Part shown: piece by piece, positions 47,555 through 58,352 of the stretch
Numbering within the stretch: the stretch's first letter is position 1
How the letters are laid out: every line of letters begins with the position of its first letter
NCBI GenBank assembly: GCA_950097015.1
Contig: CATNEN010000038.1
Coordinates: 30,380,001 to 30,444,000 of the forward strand
DNA length: 64,000 nucleotides
Direction: 5' to 3'
DNA from: Macrostomum hystrix
Taxonomy: Eukaryota; Animalia; Platyhelminthes
The notes under the pieces: generated by a model
What the model was told of the DNA's origin: nothing
The model's input: only the letters and a program-made list of their open reading frames with translations
Databases searched by the model: none
Program-made: the position numbers and the translations under genes

Positions 47555-48465
47555 GAGTCCGGATGAATTAGAAGTAGGCAGTAGAGTTATGCTGCAGATC
47601 CCCATGAGACAGGGAAAGCACCAAGCAAAATTCACAGGACCGTATGAGATTGTGAATAGAAATAGCCAAATCTCAGTTACAATCCGGAAAATCGATGATC
47701 CAAACCAGGAGTATTTTCAAGTGCACACTGACAGGCTGAAACCAATGGCCACGCCAACACAACATGTGATGCTTCCTGACCTCAGACCGAGCGACACCAG
47801 CGACAGCCAAGACAACGATTCACCAAGGAAGTGAGCGTGCAGGCAGAGGAGCTGGATGCGCAGGCCGACACCGCTCGGAAGAAGTATAACCTGAGGAGCA
47901 AAGGGAAACTTCCTTGACAATTGATGTCAAGGAAGGGAGGAAGTAGATGGACAATTTTATATTTTAAACTATCATTTTGTTGGTGTGCGCTCTGATTTTT
48001 AGAATAGAATGTTTTACATTACTTATAAGTAGTCAATATTTAATCACTCACAAATATTTAACCCACCCTTCGGATAATCAGATGTATTCGACGGAGCTAG
48101 ACACAGTGGATGATTGCACTATCGACGAGCCGATTACAACCTACACACTAGTCAAGCCACATCGGCAGAACCAAGCCAGGCAGTCGGGAAGGAGGTGAAC
48201 GTTAGGAACAGCGCTGCTACCGAACAGCAAAGGCGACATCTCCAAGCCCAATGGGAAATCAGAAGATCGAGAAATGGACTGCCGCAATGCCCAACAATAC
48301 TGAGGGAGAGCTACAAACGGGGAGAAAAAGACCTTTCATTCACGGAGCTGTACAACTTTATGGACAAACAGCCCATCCAAAGCAAGCCCAATCGGCATGG
48401 TGAGATGAAACTATTTGATATTCACCTGGACATGCTGGATGCGCAGCGAATCCCGTTCACGTGAC
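47555..48465 (+). mobile_element. Ty3/Gypsy fragment: integrase C-terminal GPY/F domain plus decayed downstream ORF
   Basis: LEVGSRVML...KFTGPYEIV...QVHTDRLKP and a downstream KYNLRS motif are typical of Gypsy integrase C-termini. Confidence 0.8.
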
Positions 48466-48840
48466 AGTCACGTGACACTTACTGCAATTGCTTCTTGTTC
48501 CTTGGTAGTGAGTAGTTCGTAGTCTTTGGTCTTCGACAGCCGGTGGTTCTTCTTATCCTTGTTTTGGTCGACCGTGAGGTTTCGAGTCTGTGTTTCTTGA
48601 GTCTTTGTAGTCCTAGGAATGTATCCTAGGAAACAAGGAGGCCTTTCTCAAATGTATCGACGATATGTGGCTCTCGTAAACTTAGTTCAATTCAACAAGT
48701 ATTGCTAGTAATAAATAACTCTGTCTAGTAAAGCGCTTACCACTTGTCTTTCCCTCAGAGATGAGTCCTCTTCTTCGTAGGATGTTTTGAAGTCCGGTGG
48801 ACCGCTCCGAGTCTGAATTTTCAGCTCGGATTTTCGCTTG

Positions 48841-49104
48841 TATTTATAGAAAAATTTTGGGGAAAAACCGGTTCTACTACCGGGTGTTTACTTAGGTCAC
48901 ACATATTTGTTTAGTGAGTCATGATTGTGAGTTTTACCATATTTGGAATATTGTGTAAATACAGATGCAGAAACCGATGAGTCATAATTGTTTGTTTTAC
49001 CATATTTGGAATTCAAGCAAATCCAGCTGTCGAGAACCAGTTCTCCGGTTTCATGTCACATGAATTGTTTCTAAAAATAGCACATGACTCATTCCTAAAA
49101 ATAG
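48841..49104 (-). promoter_or_regulatory. LTR U3 promoter/enhancer: 3 AP-1, 2 CArG, 2 MEF2 sites and TATA
   Basis: TGAGTCA/TGACTCA at 48915, 48978, 49085; CCATATTTGG at 48937, 49000; CTAAAAATAG at 49071, 49095; minus-strand TATAAATA at 48841-48848. Confidence 0.7.
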
Positions 49105-49528
49105 ATTAAACGTTATGGCTGAGGTTTCCTTGTGACATTACTTTAAGTAGCGCGTTAAGCAAAATCATATTTTACAACTCTCTACAATATCTCCTTTTTT
49201 ACGAAAAAAAATTCGTCCCGAATTTATTATTGAGAGGAAAAGAAAATTACTTTGCATAACAATAATAAGATAACAGTATCAGGACTAGGTGAAATTGATA
49301 TAGGTACGTATGTGTAGACATTAAACACAAATGGATTATATAAATGGTGAGTAGTTGGTCAAATGTTCGTGAAAAGGAATTAACAGTTTGAGAAGTGATG
49401 CGTAACAATTTTGGTATTGTATTGGTTAACATAAGGGATTGATAAGCATGGGGAGGTGTAATTACTTTAAATAAGCAATGTATAAATGGTCTGTTTGTTT
49501 TACTAGTTTTTGCTATCAAAATTTTTAC

Positions 49529-50108
49529 TCATTCAAGGCTGAATTGTTGCCGGATAAATTCATGTACTTGGGCTTGAATTTTGACCGTTAGTATGGCTAT
49601 TGGCCAAAATAGCTTATATAGTTGTAGGTAGGTCGGATCCTCAGTATGCTCGAGGATATAGAGGTAGGCCTCTGTATCCGTGATAATTTCGGCTCGGCGT
49701 GTCAGGTGCAGTGGTGTTGTTGGCATCGCAGTGGTGTCGGCCACGTCTTTATCGCCTCTAGTAATTCCTGAGGCTCCATGTCATTCATATTCATGAGCAG
49801 TAGGTCCACTGCTACAGGTGTTAATCGTACCGTAGCCAAGGTTTCCTCTCGCAGCCGTAGGAAACAATCGGGGCATTTGTCGATATTTCGACTGCCGAGT
49901 GCATCTAGGCAGGCGAAGCAGCTCCAGTATCTGTTGTCTATTGTCACAAATTTGTATTTGCGGTTGGTTACCGCAAATGAGACAGTGGACCCTGTCTCGA
50001 CGGCAGATTGGGCAGTTGCGTATTGGGTTGCCAGTTTGCGCCATGTCCCACTTCGCACATGGGCATTAGAGCGGTCTGTTCGTCTAAACAAATAGGGCAG
50101 TCTTGCAT
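49529..50108 (-). pseudogene. Double RING-finger-like protein 2, frameshifted paralogue
   Basis: From ATG 50108: MQDCPICLDEQTALMPMCEVGH / NPIRNCPICRRDRVHCLICGNQPQIQICDN / WSCFACLDALGSRNIDKCPDC spread over three frames and collinear with protein 1. Confidence 0.72.
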
Positions 50109-50408
50109 TGTTGTCTGTGGGCGGTTTGTTTAATCGACTTCTTGATCGGAGCTGACATATTGATATGATTCGTGTGGTGGCAGTAGATACGATAATTCTT
50201 CATTTCGCAAAATTAGTGTGGGGAGAATTGTACAGAAAATGGGACAGGGATGAAGATTCATGTCATCGACAAGATTAAACATTTTTTTGTGCAATATCAT
50301 GTATGGACAATTGTCTAAGCTGAGGGCCGTATTGCAATGAGTATCGTACAATGTTTTTACGCGTTTTGTGAGCAATTCGTCGTATAGGCCATGCTTTTAG
50401 AAGTTGAA

Positions 50409-50792
50409 TTATCTTATTAGAGGAAAAAAGAGTATATAGGTTAATGGATGAAGTTGGCAACCATAATTTGGTTTAATACGCACAAGTTTGTTACAAATCA
50501 TGAATAGTGGGGTTTTATTGCAAACAGGACATTGGAAAATGGCTCGATAGGCAAACTTCTTCATGCATTGCGGACACATGAAATGTTGGTTTTGACAGTA
50601 TTGTACAGTTCGCCATGAGTTACATTTTTTACATATCATACATTGGCGGAGATTTCCACGGCACAGAGGACAGTTTTTTAATGGTTTTTTGTAGTGTGCG
50701 AGGCTTAAGCAAGAACCGCAAACATGGTGTTTATTGACACATATACATGGTAGTTTACATGAGAATTCTTCAAGACAGACAGGACAGTCCAT
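50409..50792 (-). CDS. Double RING-finger-like protein 1 (retroelement-borne)
   Basis: CPVC..C.NKHHVCGSC..CPLC followed by CMIC..CQNQHFMCPQC..CPVC: two C-C-C-H-C-C-C-C arrays. May continue by frameshift into 50130-50375. Confidence 0.82.
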   Translation of the reverse strand: MDCPVCLEEFSCKLPCICVNKHHVCGSCLSLAHYKKPLKNCPLCRGNLRQCMICKKCNSWRTVQYCQNQHFMCPQCMKKFAYRAIFQCPVCNKTPLFMICNKLVRIKPNYGCQLHPLTYILFFPLIR

Positions 50793-51359
50793 GGTAGTGT
50801 TCGCGAAAATTGTGTGGGCGTTTGCAGAGTACAGAGGTTTAGTCGCCTTTTACGACAAGCTTGAGAAGCTGTAGTGCTATTCTTAATCCCGGTCACTACA
50901 CGGGGAACAATAAACGAGTAATTTAACGAGGGCGTAGGTTATCGTATTTGGTGGTGTGTTTGTGGTTTGTGTCTAGGCATGTGCTGTTGCAATGTGCGTG
51001 TTTGTTGTTTTTGTGTGGTCTGGATTCTGTAACGTTGGAAGGAATGTAGTGTCCTTAGTGATGCGTTTTAAACGTTGAATGTGAACATAGAACTGAGGTT
51101 GATGTGGATCCTTGATATTTGCAAGGCGTGCTGTTGTTGCGGATATCAGTGCTGTTACACGGAAAGGTCCTTTGTATTTGAAGGCATGTTTGTGCGTATA
51201 TGCTGTACCGGGTAGTGTAGGTAGACGATATCTCCCACTTGTAAAGTAGATGCATGATTACTTGTTGTAGGTACGGTAGATTGATTGTCGAGATTATGTT
51301 ATGCAATTTGCCATGCTAGGTGTAATTGAGAAGTGAACTTTTGTAGTGTCGTCGGCGTG

Positions 51360-51780
51360 TCAACATATTGAGATGGCAGTAATTTCTGAACCAATAGCTT
51401 CGGTGGTTGAAAGTCTCGAGAGAACATCAGAAAGAATTGTGATCTTTGTTGAGCGATGAACTGCGCTGTTGTAGGCCATTGTCACTGATTGTATGTAGAT
51501 AATCCAATCTTCAGGTTGTTTATAGACAAAGTGTGTCAACATTTCATGTAGGTTTCTGTGAAATCTTTCGACGAGGTTTGCTTTTGGATTATATGTCGAG
51601 GTGAATATCTGTTGAATATTTAGTAGTTTGGCGGCCTGTTGAAATAATTGCGATGTGAATTGTGTGCCATTGTCAGATGTTAGCGTCTTAGGGGTTCCGA
51701 ATTTGCAGATAATTTCATTATAGAAGGCCATTGCTACTGTTGTCGCTGTGATGTCAGGTATCGGAATGGCAACGGCGAAT
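51360..51780 (-). pseudogene. Gypsy DDE integrase core fragment
   Basis: SDNG and VERF catalytic motifs, YNSAVHRST; truncated upstream at ~51780 and frameshifted downstream. Confidence 0.9.
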
Positions 51781-52755
51781 TTCGGGCGGGCGACTACCGG
51801 CCCGAGCCGACAGAAAAACAATGGCTCTCAATCCAAGGCCTCGGGCGGTATTACTGTGGAAAATACCAAGCGCCGCCGGAGGACGGCGAGTTCTAACAAT
51901 ACACTTACTCACCATATATAGATAAAATACAATTAACCATGTAGCCATTCACTTTCGTCTCAGATTTCACCGTCTTATATGTTCACAGATCTACTAGCAG
52001 TAGGCCGATTAGCAACGCGAGTAAGACAATAGGCTGCATCTCCCTTGACCAGTCAAGGATTTCTTCAAAAGGGGGATGATATAAGACTTAGAAATCTGAA
52101 AAGAACTCGAGAGAAAACTTTCGCCTAGAGGTCAAGCAACTAAGAATAGACAGATTAGATAAATACTCGCCCCGAGTTTTCACTTTCATTCCAGCGCAAC
52201 ACAGCCCGGTCCAACGTGATCTGGCATGGCCCGACACGACACGGCCCGGCCTAATCTGACCCGATCCTGCCCGACGTCGGTCCAACGCGATATGGACCTG
52301 CCTGGACTTACCCGACCAGGCACGGCCTGACGCGACCCGGCCCGGCCCTGCCGGCAACATCGGAGCCGGCCTGGGCCCTATCTGGAGAAGACCGGGACCG
52401 CACAAGAAGACCTGATTGACGGAGGGACGGCGACAACAAACACTAGATAAAGGGGACTCCATAGAAACGGGAACTTTTTCTAACTCAACCAACTCGATCC
52501 ATTATCACTAAGCGCTCTGTTGATAAAGTTTTGCCACCTCCCCAAAAGGAGGGATTTTTGAACAATATATGCCATATAAGTGGAGCGCGGGAAAATGTTC
52601 CGTCGCTGGTTTGTTAGAGAGTCATCTCTAAGCTCTGTTAAGTTAACAATTTAAACAACTTACGGCGTTTGAGTTCTGTTTTTCTTGGAATCCGAGGCAC
52701 GAATCCGGGAGAGACCGCATCAGTCAGCCGAGATACTTCGAGCGATAGTCGTTAG

Positions 52756-52940
52756 TGTAGTGTGCGTACGCACGTGAGCCAGGCCCAGGTGTACACCTGG
52801 GTCGTTTGATTGGTTGCGGAGCGGGGTGGGTGTCGCCACCCCAGTTCTAGCAAATAATATATGGACGCGCGCTCAGCGTGGCAGTAAAGATTGAGAGTTT
52901 TGTCTGCTCACTAAAAATAGCCTCGGCCTTAGTTATTACA
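52756..52940 (+). repeat. 5' LTR
   Basis: Direct repeat of 57177-57361. Confidence 0.97.
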
Positions 52941-52973
52941 ATGGCATCGCAAGCACCGAACCCCTAGTGCACC

Positions 52974-55900
52974 ATGACTGAGCAAATTTCTCTCGCGCCT
53001 CCCGGCCAGTTTGTTATCGATAGCGATTGCCACTCAACTGCACAGCGCTGGACTGCATGGGCTCGCCGGTTCGCCACATACATTAACGCAGCTGGGATCC
53101 ATGACGCAAAGCGAGGGCAGCACCTGCTGTTGTACGCCGCGGGAGAGGAGCTGCAGACCATCGTCGAAGAGAATGAAATTGACGCTGGGGAAGACTACAG
53201 CAGCCTCGCAAAGAATATCCAGGAATTCTGGGACGGCAAGAACAGCATCGTGTTCCTCCGCTTCAAGTTCGAGACCTGCAGACAACAGCAAGGCGAGACA
53301 ATCGACCAGTGGTACCAGCGCCTGCGCAAGGCGGCGGAGCCGTGCGAGTTTGGAGCGATCAAGGACTCGCTGATCCGAGACAAAATCGTCGCCTACTGTG
53401 ACTCCGAGAGGCTGAGGAGAGACTTCCTACAGAGCAAAGACATCACCCTGACAGATGTGCTGAGGAAGGCGAGAGCCAAAGAAGCGGCGGAGCAGCAGGC
53501 CAGCGCGATGGAGAACGGCAGGCCAGGTGAGCCGCAGCAGCAACTCGCAGCCATCCGGAGAGCCGAGCAGCCACCAGGGCCGCAGGTGCGCTGCAATCGG
53601 TGCGGCAGGCCAGGGCACTCCACGTGCGCCGCGGCGCAAGGCAAGAGCTGCAGAAAGTGCGGAAAGCCAGGCCACTTCGCCCGAGCTTGCAGGTCCAGGC
53701 AGGAGGCGCCCCAAAGCAATTCGAATGCTGTCGCGATGCTGCAAGGTGAGACCAGCTACGAGAGGGTGGACGACCCGGACACCGGCATATTCAAGGTCGA
53801 CCAGGAGGAGCAATCCGCCCACACAGTAGCTGAGATCAACGGCACCAGACTGTCAGTGCTGATCGACAGCGGGGCGGCTCGCAATGTGATCAACCGCGCA
53901 ACGTTTGAGAGCCTTAAACAGCGGCCGCGTCTGCAAGCAGCCTCTGACAGGTTGTTCGCGTACGGCTCGGACCGGCCGATGCAACTCATCGGCAAGGCGG
54001 CGATGTCCATCCGCTTATTCGGCCGACGGGCGGTCGCCACATTTCACGTTGTCGAAGGCAGAGGCATCACCATCATCGGCAGGCAGACGGCCACTCAAAT
54101 GGAAATCCTGCGGATCGGACCACCACCGACGGTCGATCATCAGGTGCTGCAGGTCGCGGAAGCGGAGGCGGCTGTCGACAGCCTCCTCGGCAACACGAGA
54201 TCCAGTGGAATGCCCCAAGATGCCCTTGGCAGGATACTGCGCAAGTACTCCAGCGTGCTCAGCGGCATCGGCTGCTTCACCGGGCCGCCAGTCAGCATCC
54301 ACCTGACCGACAACGCCCGACCGGTTTGTCACGCACCGTCTAAGGTACCGATTCACCTGGCCGAGGCAGTGGACAAGGAGCTGCAGCTACTGGAGCAGCT
54401 CGGAATCATCGAGCCCGTCGACGGACCAGTTCCGTGGGTCGCGCGGATGGTCGTTGTGCCCAAGAAGGAGCCAGGCGAAGTGCGGATCACACAGGACCTC
54501 CGCGATGTCAATCGCTATGTCATCCGCGGGCGTCACCAGATTCCGACTTTTGAAGAGGTGACGGGAGACATGGCCGGCAGCACCGTCTTCTCGGAACTGG
54601 ACATCGCGAAGGCGTTCTACCAGGTGCCTGTAGCAGAAGAATGCCGCAATCTGCTGACATTCTCGACACCCCGAGGACTTCGTCGTCTCACTCGGCTGTG
54701 CATGGGCCTGTCCACCTCACAGGAGATCCTACAGAGCGTGATGTGCAGAGTGCTGGCAGGCCTGCCCAACGTAAAATGGATCCACGACGACGTGGTCGTG
54801 TTCGGCCGCACGATGGCGGAGCACAACAGCAGCCTCGAGGCCTGCCTGGCCCGCCTGGCGCAACACGGCATCACGCTAAATGCTCGAAAATGCAGGTTGG
54901 CACGCAGCAGCATTGAGTTTATGGGAATGCGACTGACGGCCGAAGGAGTCCAAGCCACAGAAAGCAAGGTCGCCGCCGTTCAAGAATTCAAGGAGCCAGA
55001 GACGATAAGCCAACTTCGATCGTTCTTGGGCCTCGTGAATTATCTCGCAGTATTCACGCCACAGCTGGCCAAGGTGGCGGAGCCGCTGCGACGCCTGACC
55101 CGGAAGAGCACCGACTGGCAGTGGGGCGCCGACCAGGCCAGCGCCTTTGCGCAGCTAAAGCGCAGCATTGCGGAGCCGACAACGCTGGCATTCTACGACA
55201 AGCGGCTACGGACACAGCTGATTGTGGACGCGGGACCAACCGGACTCGGCGCAATCCTGGCGCAAGTACAGCACGACGGCAGTTCGCGGCCAGTCGCATA
55301 CGCGAGCCGGACCCTCTCCGACGTAGAGCGGCGATATTCGCAGACCGAAAAAGAGGCGCTCGCCGTGAAGTTCGGCTGCCTGAAGTTTGAGTACTACTTG
55401 TATGGATCGCCCGAATTCACGGTGATCTCCGACCACAAGCCGCTGACAGCCATGTATGCGCCAGGGTCACGGCCGCCTCCACGAGTCGAGCGTATGGCGC
55501 TGCGTATCCAGCACCTGGTATTCAAGGTCGAATACCAGCCAGGAGCGTCCAATGCTGCAGACATACTCAGCAGGCAGCCTCTAAACGCTGAAGGAAGTAG
55601 GACCAGCGAGCAGCTGAGAGAGGCCTACATAAACGAGGTAGCGCAGGCGGCTGTCCCGAAGGCGCTCACGCTCGAAGACATCCGCAAGAGCTCAGCCAGC
55701 GACCCAGTTATCCGGGCAGCGATAGCAGCGATGCAAGGCGGCCAATGGGACCGCTCTAGCGCTGAGATGCGGTCACTCCACGCGCTGCGAGAGGAGCTGT
55801 CGGCGGTAGACGGAGTTCTTCTTCGGCATCAGCGGATTGTCGTGCCAGCAGCTCTACGGCAGCAGATGCTCGAGCTGGCGCACCAAGGACACCAGTGCTC

Positions 55901-56957
55901 GCAGAAGACGACCGCAAGGCTCAGCAGCAAGGTCTGGTGGCCGAGAATGGCAACACAAGCGGAGGAGTTCGTCAGTCGGTGCCGCAGCTGTGCCATCACG
56001 TCTCACACGCCAGCCGTCCGGGCTACGCCTCTACAGCCGACGCCTATCCCTAAGGGCGCCTGGTTGTCGATTGGGGCTGACTTTGTAGGCCCGATCAACA
56101 ACAACATGCTGCTGGTGTGCGTGGACAGATACTCGAGATTCCCAGAGGTGCAGCTCATGCAGACAACGACGGCCGAGGCACTGGTCCCGCGCCTGCGAGA
56201 AATGTTCGCGCGATTTGGCATCCCGCAGGAGCTCGTAACTGACAACGGGCCGCCATTTTCATCCAAGGAGTTTGGCCGTTTCCTAGAAAGCTACGGCATC
56301 AAGCACCGCCTCATCACGCCTTACTACCCAGCCGCCAACGGCATGACAGAGCGGCTGAACCGCTCAATCAACAAGGTCGTGCGGGCGGCAATCGAGGAGC
56401 GGCGCGACTGGAGGGCTGCTCTGGACGAGTGGCTGCTGGCCTACAGGAACACGCCGCACACAGCCACGGGCCGCGCGCCAGCCGAGCTGCTGATGGGCCG
56501 GCGACCAAATGATGTCATCCCCGCCGCCCGGCCATCCCAGCGCGTCCGCATCAACGAGCAGCGGCTGCGAGAGATGGATGCGAGCGCCAAGGCCGCGATG
56601 AAGCAGCGAGCGGACGCCAGGAGGCGGCCACGGCGGCACGAAATCCAGGTCGGCGATTCGGTGCTGCGACGGCGAGTCGGTGCCAGCAAGACGCAAACGC
56701 CATTCGAGAGCGGCGCCTGGACAGTCCAGCGGGTGGCCGGCAACTCGCTGATGCTGCGTCGTGACGGCGCGGCCTGCTGGCGGCATTGCACGGCGGTCAA
56801 GGTCGTCACCCCAGAATCAGACGACGCTGGTGCCAGGCCGCAGGCTGCCGCGCCAGAAACTCCAGGCGAGGCGGCGCGGAACCCGGCCGAATCCCCGGTG
56901 GCGCTGCGCCCGCACCCCCGCGCTGCACGGGGTGGCGTGAAGATCTACAAGGACTAA
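52974..56957 (+). CDS. Gag-Pol polyprotein, 1327 aa
   Basis: Zn knuckles CNRCGRPGHSTC and CRKCGKPGHFARAC; protease LIDSGA; RT WIHDD; RNase H VDAG..YSQTEKEAL..SDHKPL; integrase HQGH..CRSC, DF, TDNG, TER. The PR-RT-RH-IN order is that of Gypsy. Confidence 0.97.
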   Translation: MTEQISLAPPGQFVIDSDCHSTAQRWTAWARRFATYINAAGIHDAKRGQHLLLYAAGEELQTIVEENEIDAGEDYSSLAKNIQEFWDGKNSIVFLRFKFETCRQQQGETIDQWYQRLRKAAEPCEFGAIKDSLIRDKIVAYCDSERLRRDFLQSKDITLTDVLRKARAKEAAEQQASAMENGRPGEPQQQLAAIRRAEQPPGPQVRCNRCGRPGHSTCAAAQGKSCRKCGKPGHFARACRSRQEAPQSNSNAVAMLQGETSYERVDDPDTGIFKVDQEEQSAHTVAEINGTRLSVLIDSGAARNVINRATFESLKQRPRLQAASDRLFAYGSDRPMQLIGKAAMSIRLFGRRAVATFHVVEGRGITIIGRQTATQMEILRIGPPPTVDHQVLQVAEAEAAVDSLLGNTRSSGMPQDALGRILRKYSSVLSGIGCFTGPPVSIHLTDNARPVCHAPSKVPIHLAEAVDKELQLLEQLGIIEPVDGPVPWVARMVVVPKKEPGEVRITQDLRDVNRYVIRGRHQIPTFEEVTGDMAGSTVFSELDIAKAFYQVPVAEECRNLLTFSTPRGLRRLTRLCMGLSTSQEILQSVMCRVLAGLPNVKWIHDDVVVFGRTMAEHNSSLEACLARLAQHGITLNARKCRLARSSIEFMGMRLTAEGVQATESKVAAVQEFKEPETISQLRSFLGLVNYLAVFTPQLAKVAEPLRRLTRKSTDWQWGADQASAFAQLKRSIAEPTTLAFYDKRLRTQLIVDAGPTGLGAILAQVQHDGSSRPVAYASRTLSDVERRYSQTEKEALAVKFGCLKFEYYLYGSPEFTVISDHKPLTAMYAPGSRPPPRVERMALRIQHLVFKVEYQPGASNAADILSRQPLNAEGSRTSEQLREAYINEVAQAAVPKALTLEDIRKSSASDPVIRAAIAAMQGGQWDRSSAEMRSLHALREELSAVDGVLLRHQRIVVPAALRQQMLELAHQGHQCSQKTTARLSSKVWWPRMATQAEEFVSRCRSCAITSHTPAVRATPLQPTPIPKGAWLSIGADFVGPINNNMLLVCVDRYSRFPEVQLMQTTTAEALVPRLREMFARFGIPQELVTDNGPPFSSKEFGRFLESYGIKHRLITPYYPAANGMTERLNRSINKVVRAAIEERRDWRAALDEWLLAYRNTPHTATGRAPAELLMGRRPNDVIPAARPSQRVRINEQRLREMDASAKAAMKQRADARRRPRRHEIQVGDSVLRRRVGASKTQTPFESGAWTVQRVAGNSLMLRRDGAACWRHCTAVKVVTPESDDAGARPQAAAPETPGEAARNPAESPVALRPHPRAARGGVKIYKD

Positions 56958-57176
56958 ACCAAGGACTGAAAACGAACTGACTTTTCCACTGACATTAACA
57001 ATCACATGCACGCTTTTCTTTGCAAGTCCGATGCGACTATCAATTCGAGTGTTTTATTTCCTCCAATAGCTGCATATTTTTTTTCGGTCGAGTTCTTTTT
57101 CGTTCTTTTCGACATCTTGCTTCTCGAATTCGTTCTTTTTTTGTCTCCCCACAGTTTCTGTTCGAAGGGGGAGAGA

Positions 57177-57361
57177 TGTAGTGTGCGTACGCACGTGAGC
57201 CAGGCCCAGGTGTACACCTGGGTCGTTTGATTGGTTGCGGAGCGGGGTGGGTGTCGCCACCCCAGTTCTAGCAAATAATATATGGACGCGCGCTCAGCGT
57301 GGCAGTAAAGATTGAGAGTTTTGTCTGCTCACTAAAAATAGCCTCGGCCTTAGTTATTACA
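57177..57361 (+). repeat. 3' LTR
   Basis: Direct repeat of 52756-52940, preceded by a PPT. Confidence 0.97.
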
Positions 57362-58352
57362 GTTAGGAGTTATAGCCTTCAAGACAACTAGACTGCAACA
57401 AACCGCTAGACTACATTTAGGAAACATCGACACCACAGGAACAAAACTTTAAGCTCTATAGGTAGACCTTAATACCAGCTGAGCATTGGTTAACTAGCTT
57501 TTTTGCTTGATTGTAGAAATACTACAATTTGGACCAACTAAGAGGTAGAATTTCAGTCTGGTAAAATAATTTATATTGTCAAGTAAGACACTATAATTAT
57601 AACAGATTAACAATTACAACTGCAACAGTTTACACAGCCATACATTTGATACTAGTGTGTGCTAAGTCAACGGACTGAAAAACTGCACATCCTTATGGGT
57701 ACTCAACTTAACCATAAGGGTTACAGCTTTTTTACAACTTTAATTAAGACAGTTAACACAGAAACATGATTACAAATGTATTTTGTAGGTGCAAATAAGT
57801 TACTATATTTTATGTCATTTTTTTCAAGTCATAAGCATTAATGCAAATGCATATAACATATAAAAACATTTCTAACAATGGTTTTATTAGGAGTGAATTA
57901 ATTTTCTCTTAGACTTTAAAGCCACACCAGCAGTAAATAGACAGAGTAAATTTATAGACTTAACTTCTAAATAAAACTTCTCTATAAATAAAGAATGTAT
58001 TTGATCAAGATGCTGTGTTTCTGGGTACATTACTTGAGGTATTATACTCATTATTACATAGCAATTGTAATTTGAAATTAACTGTTTAATTGTTTCTTTC
58101 AATATTCCTTACATAAATATATTTTTATCAAGTTTTATAAAAAGCTGCATCATTGCTAGAATAGCAAGAAGTAAAACAAATATATATATTTGCAGTAACA
58201 CTGATAAAAGGCACAAATAAATAATATTGTAATAAGAGTTAATTATATAACATAACATAACATCTCATTGTTCAGTAACATTTGACAGTTCAGTTTTTAT
58301 TGGTTTAATTTTTTTTTTCTATAGGAGGAAAATGAAGTAGGAAAATTCAATG

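Larger units (their letters stand above)
48465..51780 (-). mobile_element. 5'-truncated Ty3/Gypsy element: integrase, two RING-finger accessory genes, PPT, 3' LTR
   Basis: Minus: integrase core (KFGTPKTLTSDNGTQF...VERFHR) from 51780; decayed C-terminal QVGDIVYL; RING ORFs; ttcgggacgaatttttttt, PPT aaaaaaggagatat (49187-49200), then LTR starting TGTAG at 49186 with TATAAATA at 48841-48848. The distal LTR end is uncertain (48606 or ~48465). Confidence 0.8.
52756..57361 (+). mobile_element. Intact Ty3/Gypsy LTR retrotransposon (Mag-like)
   Basis: 185-bp TG...CA LTRs at 52756-52940 and 57177-57361, identical by eye; TSD GTTAG (52751-52755, 57362-57366); PBS-like tggcatcgc at 52942; PPT gaagggggagaga at 57164-57176. 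Confidence 0.97.
51781..57460 (+). mobile_element. 3' end and probable LTR of another LTR element, interrupted by the intact Gypsy
   Basis: PPT-like aaaagggggatga (52067-52079), GC-rich pentamer-like repeats 52200-52400, tataag at ~52575; the sequence resumes after the GTTAG TSD. Boundaries approximate. Confidence 0.45.

Noticed and set aside
53011-56980. Many alternative-frame and antisense ORFs within gag-pol (also within the RTE and iGluR)
   Set aside because: Expected shadows of GC-rich coding sequence.
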